From NCBI GenBank assembly GCA_013239625.1, contig MU053365.1, forward strand, positions 2,080,115 to 2,144,114: a stretch of 64,000 nt of DNA, written 5' to 3'. The notes below the pieces were generated by a model. That model was not told where the DNA came from, did not search any database, and saw only the letters and a program-made list of their open reading frames with translations. Of this stretch, positions 39,881 to 51,135 are shown piece by piece. Within the stretch, counting starts at the first letter, position 1. Every line of letters starts with the position of its first letter. The DNA is from Lama guanicoe (lineage: Eukaryota). Both the position numbers and the translations under genes were made by a program.

Positions 39881-41349
39881 AGTACATCCAGTCCTTGATA
39901 TAGTTCTATTTATTGCATTTTAAAGGAGCTCAGCATTTTGAGTTTTAAAAATCAGAAGTATGGTCAATGATGACAGTGAAGAAGAAAACAAGAGAGACGT
40001 GTAGAGAGAAGACTTTGTAAAAGGGATGAAGAAAGGAACACACGCCGGGGGTGCGGATTCAAAGCAGTAGTAACTCTGCAAAAGCTGAAGACCCAAATGG
40101 ACGGCATGCAACCCCCCCACCCCCCCCCAGCCAAAATAAGACAGCATAAAGTAATAAAATGTCTTTCTTCTGCCGAAAATCAATCATTTATACAGATGCC
40201 TTCATGGGACTATCATCTCCATGCACTTAAAGTCCTTGCTTTCTGAAGCCACTCCCACTTCAAAAGACTTTTTGATTAGCATACTAAAAAAAGGAATAAA
40301 GCTCTAATGACCTAGAAATGCTGGAGCGTCAACCTCTAGGAATTTATAAAGGAACTCAGGTTTAACACATTCAAGCAATATTGATTGGGTGCAGTGTCAG
40401 GAGGAAGTTAGACTGAAAATATAGCGTTGCCAAATGCAGCAAAATGCAATGAAACTGTATGAAATACACGTTCCAAAACTAAGAAGCTTATTGTTGGAAG
40501 TCACAGTCAGGTAGGTTTTAAGTCAATTGAAAGGAGAATTTTCTAAGAAGCTTTGAACTGGTCCCCTTGCCCTTGGCATTGACTTACGGCCATCCATCAT
40601 TTGCAAGGCAGCCAGAATTATCTTTCTGAGACATAGATTCAGTCATGTCATTCTGCTTGAGGTGAAGAATGAGCTATAATATTACTGATATTAAAATATG
40701 ATTAGCAAGAAACTCAAAGAGGGTAGAAAACATCATACTTTGCTCTCTCTCCCAATAGCATACTCTTTTGTTAAGTAGAATGGCTTTAAATGTCATTACT
40801 TCTACAGCATTGCTTTTCTTTGTTTATATTGTACCATAATTAGAATATCTACTTAGGTTTTGTCTGTATCTTTGTTTAGTGTTAGGTAACCATAAGAAAA
40901 GGGCATACATACACCCTGGGGTACCTATTTGGATTATCAATGATTGAAATAGTAGGGCATTTCAGAATTCTATTTCACTGTGTTGTCATCTTTCTGTAAG
41001 ACTTGCCAACCCATCCCCTTTCTCACTACTACCACTAGAATCCTACCATGAGAGTGATGAAACTAATGAGAGAAATGTGGGGGAAGTTTCTGTAATTTGA
41101 CAATTATGGAATATTTGAGAACACGTCCTTTGTGTGTCAGGTTTGAATAGAGGGTGTAATCTGACCACCGCGTGGCAGGAGACAACAATAAAAACTTTTA
41201 AAATTTTGTTTGCAAAATTATTTTTTCATTTTAGGCTATACTAGTAGTCAAAAAAATCCATGAATACCCGAGGGATGAACTTTCATCTCAGGAAGATTCC
41301 CCTGACTTTGAGACTATGCCCAAACTGCTAAACAGGGAATACACATCTG

Positions 41350-41710
41350 GCTTTCTAGAATCCGGACTCCTTAGCTCAGTCTGCCCAACTCTGAAACCCT
41401 TAATTCTAGGCATTTACTGGCATTGCTTCCTTTATGTGAAACACCGTCTAACCCCTGTGCCCACACCATCTACCTAGTCATTTTTAACACTTGAATTATC
41501 CTCTCTTTAATTAAACCTTTCATAATCCTGCTTCCCCCTTGAGAGAATTATATCCTGTATATGTTCTCTAAAACCTACAGCGCTTCCATGCCCTTATCTA
41601 TCCGTATTTGTTTACCTCTACTAGACTCAAATCACGGAGGGCAAAGACTTTGCCATTAGAATTTTAGTTTCTTCATTATTGCTTAGTATTGAGTCAATGT
41701 TCAAAAATAT
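41350..41710 (+). mobile_element. L2 3' fragment
   Basis: tgtttacctctactagactc...ggagggcaaagactttg...tgttcaaaaatatactt. Confidence 0.5.
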
Positions 41711-43444
41711 ACTTAATATTTTATAAAACAAAATTATGGATGAATTTTTTTTCTGTTTTATTAAGAATAATTGATACACCAGTATGGTGAAAGATCAAGA
41801 TTAAGAACACTTCCAGCATCCTATAAAGCAACTCCTGTGCCTCAACAAGTCAATACTCTCCCAAGCTTACAACATGTTTTCTAACCTCTAATCTAGGACC
41901 ATAGATTAATTCTGCATTTTCTTGAAATTCATGTAAATGGAATCATCAACATGTGCTCTTTTGCATCACACCTCTTTCACTCAGCATGTCTGGGAAATTC
42001 ACCAATATTGTGGCCTGTAATCAATTACAAAATATGTAAATACAGTGAAATGTATTTATCCTTTCCACTGTTGAGGGACTAATAGGCTGTTTCCAAATTT
42101 AAGCTATTATGTATGAAACTGGAGAACACTCGTGTGTGAGTGTGTCGGTAGACATAAACAGTCATTTTGTTTGATTATATACCTAGGAAGAAAATTGCTG
42201 GGTCCCAGCATATACATATGTTTAGCTTTAGTAGACACTGCCAAACATATTTGCAATAGGACTGAACCAGTTTACTCACAAGCAACATCTGATTATTCAG
42301 TTGCTCTGCCCCCTTGCTACACTTGGTATTAAGTCCTTTTCATTTTAGCCATTCAGATGAAGGTTTATGGTATCTTGTGGTTTTAATTCGCAATTGCATG
42401 ATGACTAATAATGTTGAATACTGTTTCATATGCTTATTGAACATCTGGATATCACTTTCTGCAAAGTGCCTGAGTTTTATCTCATTTCTATTTCCAGCTT
42501 TATTGAGATATAATTAACATGTAACATTGTATAAGTCTAAATTATATAATGTGATGACTTGATACATGTATATATTGTGAAATGATTACCACAAAAAGAT
42601 TAGTTAGCAATCCTTCAGGTCACATAATTATCATTTTGTTGTTGATGTTATGGTAAAAACACTGAAGACGTACTCTCTTAGGAAATTTCAAGTACACGAT
42701 ACAACATTGTTAACTACAGCCACCAAGATGTATATTACATTCCTAGAACTCATTCATCTTATACCTGGAAGTTTGTACCCTCTGAAGAACATCTCCCCAC
42801 TCTCCCCCAATCCCCAGGCCCTGGCAATCACCAATCTACACTCAGTTTCTATGAGTTTGTTTTTTTCAGTTTCCACGTGTATGTGAGATCACACAGTACT
42901 TGTCTTTCTCTGACTTATGTCACTCAGCATAATGGCCTCAAAGTTCATAAAGTTCATCCATGTTGTCACAATGGCAAGATACTTTCTTTTATGACTCAAT
43001 AATATTCATAATAGTGTGTGTGTGTGTGTGTAACAAATTTTCTTTATCCATTCATCTGTTGGTGGACCTGTACGTTGATTCTATGCCTTGCCTATTGCAA
43101 ATAATGGTGTAATAAACACAGGAGTGCAGATATCACTATGAGATAGTAATTTCCTTTCCTTCAGACAAATACTCAGAAATGGGATTGTTCGATTATACGG
43201 TAGTTGCATTTTTAATTTTTTGAAGAACCTCCACTGTTCTCTACAGTGACTGTACCAATTTGCACTCTCACCAACAATACACAAGGATTCACTCTTCACA
43301 TCCTCACCAGCATTTGTTACCTGTTTTTTGATAATAACCATTCTAACAGGTGTGAGGTGATGTCACAGTGTGGTTTTCATTTGTATTTCTCTGATAATTA
43401 CTTGTTATTCCTATGATGTACTTGTTGCCATTTTTTAAGTTTTT

Positions 43445-44236
43445 GTATTTTTTTTAACTGAAGTATAGTTGACTTACAGTATTAGGTTAGTTTCGGGTGT
43501 ATAGCAGAGTGATTCAGCTATATATATATATATTCTTTTTCAGATTCTTTTCCAATATAGGTTATTATAAGATATTGAATATTGTTCCCTGTGCTATACA
43601 GTAAATTCTTGTTATTTTATACCTGGCAATGTATAATCTCAAACACCTAATTTACCACCTTTTTCCCCTCTGGTAACCATAATTTTGCCTTCTATGTCTG
43701 TCTGTTTCTGTTTTATGAATAAGTTCATCTGTATTAATTTTTAGACTCCACATATAAGTGATATCACATGATATTTACCTTTTCTGCCTGACATACTTAG
43801 CATGATAATCTCTAGGTCCATCCATGTTGCAGCAAATGGCATTATTTCATTCTTTTTTATGGCTGAGTAACATTGCATTGTGTGTGTGTGTGTGTATACA
43901 CACACACATACATCATTCTTTATCCATTCTTCTGTGTGTTGATGGACACTTGGGTTGCTCATACATCTTGTCATGTCTTGGCTGTTGTAAGCAGTGTGAC
44001 TGTGAACGTTAGAGAGCATGTTCTTTTTAAATTAGAGTTTTTGTCTTCTCTGGATATACTCCCAGGAGTGGGATTGCTGGATCATATGGTAAGTCTATTT
44101 TTAGTTTTTATTAAGGAACCTCCATACTGTCCTCCATAGTAGCTGCACCAAACTACATTCTCACCAACAGTGTAGGAGGGTTCCTTTGTCTTCACACCCT
44201 CTCCAGCATTTATTATTTGTAGACTTTCTGATGATG
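43445..44236 (-). mobile_element. Younger cetartiodactyl-type L1 3' end
   Basis: ttaactgaagtatagttgacttacag start; approximate TSD ttgttgccattttt (43422-43435) / ttggtggccattttt (44237-44251). Confidence 0.88.
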
Positions 44237-44475
44237 TTGGTGGCCATTTTTATGTTGTCTTTGAAAAAAATGTCTATTCAGATTATTTGCCCATTTTTAA
44301 TATGATTATTTGTGCTTTTTCCTAGTGAGTTGCATGACTGCTTTTATACTATTGATATTAACTCCTTATCAGATAGATGGTTTACTAATATTGTCTCCCA
44401 ATCTATAGGTTGTGTTTTCATTTTGTAGATTATTTCTTTGGTATGAGGTAACTTTTTACTTAGATGCAGTGCCAC

Positions 44476-44868
44476 ATTTTTATTGAAACACATTTGACAT
44501 ATAACATGGTGTAAATTTAAGGTATCTAACATGTTGATTTGATACATTTATATATTGCAATATGATTGTCATTGTAGCAATAGCACCTCTGTCATTGGAC
44601 ACAATATTTCTTTTGTGCAGTGTGACTAATCAGGATCTAGACACTTAGTAAGTTTGAGGATTACAGCACAACATTGTTGCCCATATTTTCTATACCATGC
44701 ACTATATCTCCAGGACTTATTTATCTACTAGTTGCAAGTTTGTAACCTTAAACAATATATCTCCTATTTTTTCACCCTGAGCCCCTGGTAACCAACATTT
44801 TACTCTCTATTTTTATGATTTTGGCAGTTATAGATTCTACATATAAGTGATATCATATAGTATTTGAT
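44476..44868 (-). mobile_element. L1 3' UTR fragment nested in L1
   Basis: ttttattgaaacacatttgacatataacatggtgtaaatttaagg...catataagtgatatcatatagtatttg. Confidence 0.8.
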
Positions 44869-45338
44869 TTGGGGGCATTTGTTGATTTTTGCTTTTGTTG
44901 TTTGTGCTTTGGTGTCATATCCAAAAAAATCATTGCCAAGGCCAATGTAAAGTAAGTTTTCCACTATGCTTTCTTCTAGGAATTTTACAGTTTCAGATCT
45001 TTATGTTTAAGTCTTTAATCCATTTTCTGTTAATTTTTGTGAGTGATATAAAATAAGTGTCCAATTACATTCTTTGCATGTCAGTATTCAGTTTTCCAAA
45101 CACCAGTTATTGAAGAGACTACCTTTTCCCCTTTGGGTATTCTTGACACCCTTGTCAAATACTAGTTGATCATATATATATGGGTTTATTTTGGGGCTCT
45201 CAGTTCTGTTCCATTGGTCTGTGTCTATTTTGTTGACAACACCATATTGTTTTGATTATTATAGCTTTGTATTTTGGTTTAAAATCAGGAAGTGTGATGC
45301 CTCCAGTTTTGTTTTTTCTCAAGATTGTTATGACTATT

Positions 45339-45682
45339 ACAAAGTGTGTCCTTCACGTGGTGCCATGAATAAAAGTTGGGGAAGCTAGTTTTTCACCCTG
45401 CTCTAGCTTTTCCAGTGAGAGGGAACACTTTCCAGTCAGACAATTCTCTCTTGGTGCTGAGCAGTGTTGGCCTAGGGGATGGAATGAGGCAGGCAAAATG
45501 AAATCGTTCTTCTTATCCTTTTAATACAGTTCTTCTCATGGTTTTTTGCTCCTCTGTGTTGTTGAAGCTTCTTACATGGACTCCTAAGCTCTTTCAGAGC
45601 TATTTTCATTCATGAAGAGCTAACTGTTGCTCTTGGTGGCAGGACAGAGGCTGGGCAGCCTATTTGCCATCATGGTGACATC
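45339..45682 (-). mobile_element. L1 extreme 5' end (L1M2/M3-type 5'UTR)
   Basis: Ends gcctatttgccatcatggtgacatc (YY1-type gccatc motif typical of L1 5' termini); tcttggtgctgagc...ggggatggaatgaggcaggcaaaatgaa. Confidence 0.7.
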
Positions 45683-46469
45683 TTATGACATTTATTTCTT
45701 TGTTTGTGTGTGTGTGGTTTTGGGGGGTTTGATATGTCTGTCTTTTTATCACTAATTTGTAGGAGTTTATTTTATATATTTTGGATACAAATTCTTTTTG
45801 ATATAACAATTGAAAATATCTTTCCCCACTCTTTGCCTTGCCTGTTCACTCTATTCATGTACCTTTTGATAAAAGAAGTTTTTAACTTGAATGGAATCCA
45901 ATTCATCATCTATAGTCACTTTTATGCTGAGAATTAATGGTGCCCTGTTAAATAAATATCTGCTTACCCAAGGATCATGAAGATATCCTCCCATGTTTTC
46001 TTCTAAAAGTTTTATGGTTCTACCTTTAACGTTTAGACCTATCATCACTCTTGGATTCAGTCTGGAGTCTGATGTGAGATTGGGGTCAAGATGTGTTTCT
46101 TCATTATTCATATTCAATAGAACAAACACAATTTATTGAAAAATATGTTTTCACACAAATAACACTGATGCCTTTGTTATATAACAGGAAACTATATATG
46201 TGTGGGTCTATTTCTGTGTTCTTCATTTGCTTCTATTGGTAATTTTGTCTGACCTTGCATCATTATCACACTCTATATAAATGTTATAATAGCTTTATAG
46301 TAAATTTTGACACTTGATTGTGTAAATCCTCCAAATTTTTTATTACAATGCTATGTTGGCTATTTTAAGCCCTGTGGCATTCCATGTAAATTTTAGAATC
46401 ACCTTGATAATTTGTAAAAATCAGTCTACCATCATAGAACCATTAACGGTTGGAAAAGTGGTGGATTCC

Positions 46470-47520
46470 TAGGGCAGGAAAAATACAAGATGATCCTAGA
46501 ACACTGGGTAAGCCAGAAAAAAAGGAAGTTCTCCAAAAAATGGGCACATAGTAAAAAGACAAAGAGACTAATTTGAAGGATCTGCCAAAGACCAAAAGTG
46601 GAACACCTGTAGCCATAAAATGCAGTATTAGATGACAACCCATAGAATAAAATTAAAGTCTATTGGTCCTTGCTGATATAACTAACTAATCAAATACATA
46701 AATAAACTCACGGAGAGGGGTAGCTCTTCCTTACAGAAGAATTACAATTGATTACAATTAATAAATGTGAAAAGAATGAGGAAAATACAAAGTAACCATT
46801 GGGCAAACGTGAAAGCAAGACATTTTTGCAGGTAAAATCTACCAATAGATGGTAACAGCAGTGGATAAAAGTTTGGGGAGAAACTGAATGTTAATATAAT
46901 CGCAAAGAACCTCTTGCCATATAGCTACCAATCACAAAGGGAAAAATTATTACTTTATAATGAAAAAAAATGGTAAGCAACAACTTAACTGAGTAATCAA
47001 GGTTAACACCACCAGTAATAAGACATATTGTCATCAGGTATCCCCAGGTAAGATGCACTGAGAAGGACAAGAAATCATTTTGGTTGTATTCATGGAACAC
47101 ACAAAAAGTGCATTATCTCAGTGTGCACAGGGGGAAAACATCAGAGAAATCCAAACTGGGAGATATTTCACAAAATAACTGACTGGTACTAATCAAAAGC
47201 ACCAAGGTTATAGAAGACAACAAGGAAAATCCGATAAACTGTCACAAATTAGAAAGGACCAAGGAGATATTAACTAAACACATTGAGAGATACTAGATGG
47301 AAACCTGAAACAGAAAAAAAGACTATTAGAAAGCTGGTAAAATTAAAAGAAGATCTATGATTCAGTTACTAGTATCATACTAATGTTAACTTTCTGGTTT
47401 GGATAACTGACTTAAGGCTATATAATTTCTTAATATTAGGATGCAGGGTGCAGAGGAATTTTCCGTAGTGTTTTTGTAACTAGTCTCTAAGTCGAAAATA
47501 CTTTCAAAATAAAATTTAAA
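46470..47520 (+). mobile_element. Old L1 (L1MC/MD-like) 3' UTR
   Basis: aacttaactgagtaatcaaggttaacacc...aatgttaactttctggttttg...tttcaaaataaaa. Confidence 0.75.
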
Positions 47521-47534
47521 ACTAGACCTCCACT

Positions 47535-48128
47535 TCTACAAAGTGTCAAATAAAAACAAATCTAGACTTAGGTAAGAACTCTTCATTCAAAAAGATGATT
47601 GTAATAATGAGAGAGGGGCATGTGCAACAGGGAAGGAGGACTACTGCAGTAGGGAGAATGCTCCAACCATGACACATGCAAGAGTCTCCAAGGTCAAGCA
47701 CAAAAGGGCTTTTCTTTCATAGAGGAGAGTAAACAAGGCTAGAAAGAATCGGGCATGGGTGAGTGGAATGAACAGGACTGTTAACGTCTTTCCATTAGGT
47801 CAGCTGATTCTCTCTTTGAAGGTGGAGTTAAGGAGGGGTGTTCCTACTTTCAGCACTCAAGGGTGAGCCAAAGTTCAGAGGCTTGGGGAAGGAAAGAAGC
47901 CTGACTAAAGCTCTACTAATCACTTATGGGGAAAAGAATGGGAATTGGGTGGGTCTGTGTCTGACCTAGTCATAGGTAAACAAGGGGGCATCTGTGGATC
48001 TTCTCTAAGTCATAGGGGGAATGGTGGTTCTTTGCAATAAGAGCTTTCGAGAAACACAAAAGGGTGGGGGGGGTGGTTCTTAAGCTTTACTGTTCAGGAG
48101 CACAGTGACCAGGTCAAGTTCAACATCT
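47535..48128 (-). mobile_element. ERV1-class solo LTR (MER31-like)
   Basis: gcagtagggagaatgctccaaccat...caggagcacagtgaccaggtcaagttcaaca. Confidence 0.7.
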
Positions 48129-48134
48129 AAGACA

Positions 48135-48368
48135 AATGGGTAGCATTAATTGCTGAATATCCCAAGGCAAAAGTCTGAAGCTGAAAACCAACATGCCCAG
48201 GCTAGTGGAGCCCAGAAAGACAGCAAGAGCCTAGGCTCTGAACTTGTCATTTAGCCTCAAATGAACCAAACCTGCTCCAGACATGATGTTACGTGAAACA
48301 ATAAATGTCCTTATTCTTAAAGTCTCTTTTAGTTGGATGTTCCATTACAGCTAAAAGCATCTTTATAC
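48135..48368 (+). mobile_element. MaLR LTR 3' part (MLT1I/J-like)
   Basis: gttacgtgaaacaataaatgtccttatt...ttagttggatgttccattacagctaaaagcatc. Confidence 0.65.
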
Positions 48369-49786
48369 ATGAGATTATAGCCAATTTCAAGTTTAGGATT
48401 TTCATGTGAATGTTCTATCTAAACTAACAATTTCTAGACACCTAATCTCATTCTTGAGACTAGAAACAGAATGCCTTCCAAAATACATCCTGTTATTTGC
48501 TGCCTAAGCAACGCTGATATTGAATCTCTTCGAGTCAAAGCGCAAGTACTTACAGTTTAACCTACTGTAGAAAATATATCCCGCAATCATTTTTTCTGAA
48601 ATCCAAGATAAAGTCTTTAAATTGTTACTTGCTTTTCAGTAATTATACTGAATTCATGACATAAAACTAGACATGAACATTGTAATCAGAATATGATGGT
48701 TTGCGATAGTATCTTAGGGTTACTTTCATGCCTTGATAGGCTGATAATCTAGCACAAAACTTGGGTTTTTACTGGAAATTAAATAAGGTTGACCTAAATT
48801 TAACAATCCTCTGAAAAGATAGTATTTTGTGAAGTCCTAAAATATCCCAGTGTATAAATATTTAATGAACAGTAAACTTTTGAGTTTAAAACCATTAGCT
48901 AAAGTAACATGTAATAAAACACTTTGTTTCTTGGCTTCAAATGCAAAAATAAGCAGCTCTTGATTTTCCCAAGGGAAGAAATCTATTTAAGAAATGCAGA
49001 AACAGCTCTTAAATTGGGTTAAACTTAGTGAATAATTCACAGCATCAGTTTTTCTATCATTAACATTCTATAACATAAATCATTCAGAAAATAAGAATTC
49101 ATTTGAATATAGCGTGGGCCAGTGTTGTAGAAACTGTATGTAGGCATAAAATAATACCTACAGGTTATGCTTACTCTGACTGTGTAGAAATATGTCAGTG
49201 TAAGTGCTGAGTGTATCTAACAAAGGCAAAAGCAATGGGTTTTATTGTCTGATCACTCTCCCATATTAGCAAGGCCTAATAAATATTAGGTAGCTTTTTT
49301 GGAGCTGCTCCCTAAGTCCTAGGTATGTCTCTTACCTCAGTTTTGGCATATGATGACAGTAAGCAAACAACAGGGTGCCAGGCCAATACTAAGAAGTTTA
49401 AGCAACTGAACTAACGAAACCATCAGCAACTAAATCCCAACATGCAAGTCAAGGTATAGAGCCAAGTGAATGTGAGAACGCCAAGAAGAGCGGCAATGAG
49501 AAGCGACGGGTCAAAATGAATGCCATAGTATGTGTTCTAAACTCACTGTGGAGAAGAGAGACAATCCTGTGACTTGATTTTTATAAGTTCATAGATTATT
49601 CTTGTGTATGTGGGGAGGGACCATTTAAAGAGGCCAGAAAAATGGAAAATAATATCTGCTATCTTTTTTGATTCAATAGATGAAATCATAATAGAGAAGA
49701 CTTAATAATGAAAGTACACCACTCCTCAGAACCATGAGTTGTGTCAAATCATTTAAAATATTAAATTTTCACAGCTAATGTGAAAC

Positions 49787-49825
<39 letters not shown>

Positions 49826-49829
49826 TATA
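49787..49829. repeat. (TA)n(CA)n microsatellite
   Basis: Directly visible. Confidence 0.95.
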
Positions 49830-49924
49830 AAGGGAAAGATCATGTACATATACATTGAGGGTCTACTATAATCTTAGTTGCTTATCTTCACTTGCATATA
49901 AATAGAAAGTTAAAATGACCCCAA

Positions 49925-51135
49925 TCAAAGTCCTGTATCAGGTGCTTTCAAGAACACGAGGAAGTCTCAAGCACAATTCCTGCTCTGAGGATCTACTATT
50001 CCTACACTGGGGATGAGACATGCATATGCAGCTGGAAGTAACAACAGATACCGATTTCAAAATTTCTACTCAAGAGAATGACAATAAATGCTCACTTCAG
50101 AGGAGGGAGAGGGCCAGAGAAAAGGAGGTAACTATGGGCTGGAGAAGATGAGGGAGGCCTGATGCAGGGAATGGAAGTGGAGCTGACCCTTTAAATGGGT
50201 AGGGCTGAGATAATTACAGGGGAAGATGCATATTTCTGGTTGGATGAATAGCATATAGAAATGTAAAGAGGTAGATGCAAACATCAGGTGTTGAAGGATC
50301 CGGCTGCAGAAATTCTGTGAGGGAATAGAGGGAGAGAAGTCTGAGAAGATAGGCTGGGGTCAGATTAGAAATAATTCTGAAGGCAACAGGCAGGGGGTTG
50401 CTTTTTACCTACGACTGTTACCCCAAGAGTGGAAGGGAAAAGACCCCAGTTCTTGTCATACCTGAAAGATAAGATTTCAGATGGGAGATGGTGCGTTGCG
50501 TAGCAAGAGATCTTAAGGGCTTTGTTAGCAGTAGGAAAGTACACCTACGAGAACGAGGGGTGGGCTGATCCAAGGGAGGAGGAGCGATGATCTTTGCTCC
50601 CTTTCTCTTACACCCTCACTTAGAGGTGGTCTTTTGATTGACTGACAGCTCTTGCCCCTGGAGTGCCTAGTCATGTTTGACCTCTTTCAGCATGTCCCTA
50701 CCCATGATGCACACAGAAAAACCCATGGGGAGGCCTAAGCTGCAATGCTAATTGTATCACAATGTGCACTGGGTCATGTCCTGTTAGGTCCTTCTCGCTA
50801 CCCTGCAGCTGCAGCTGTCTGGTTCTCACCAGTTTCTTGCTGGCACCATTTAGAGGAAGTACAGCCCCTTTAAGTTGGAGGTGGGTATAATGCCATCCTC
50901 CAGACCACCCTCCCTCTCTTCCACCTGTCTGCCCGGTGTCCCCACTTATCTAACTACTTAACAACCAATGGGAGTCACTGAAGTCTTTTGAAGAGAAGAA
51001 TGATCCAATCAAAGTCATTAATAGCATGGTTACATGGCAATGCAAATAGAAGGGATGGAAGTTGAGGTGGTGTGGGGAATAGGTTCAAAAGTAGCAGAAA
51101 CATTAGTAAATTGCTCTGGTAATCCACACACAGAA
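49925..51135 (-). mobile_element. L2 fragments split by an LTR
   Basis: ggagctgacccttaaatgggtaggg; caatgggagtcactgaagtcttttgaagagaagaatgatccaatca. Confidence 0.65.
50416..50955 (-). mobile_element. Solo LTR (probably ERV1 class; family unassigned)
   Basis: tgttacc start, aagaccccagttcttgtc and aggaaagtacac motifs common to class I LTR U5 reverse complements; interrupts L2. Confidence 0.6.

Larger units (their letters stand above)
42488..45338 (-). mobile_element. L1MA9-like 3' UTR + distal ORF2, containing two further L1 insertions
   Basis: tttccagctttattgagatataattaac start; ORF2 motifs to tcaggaagtgtgatgcctccagttttgttttttctcaagattg. Confidence 0.9.
41750..46420 (-). mobile_element. Old L1 (L1MC/ME-like) host, present as 41750-42487 and 45694-46420
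   Basis: Colinear L1 3'UTR/ORF2-end motifs on both sides of the nested block; minus-strand LNVKGRTIKLLEENMGGYLHD. Confidence 0.85.
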
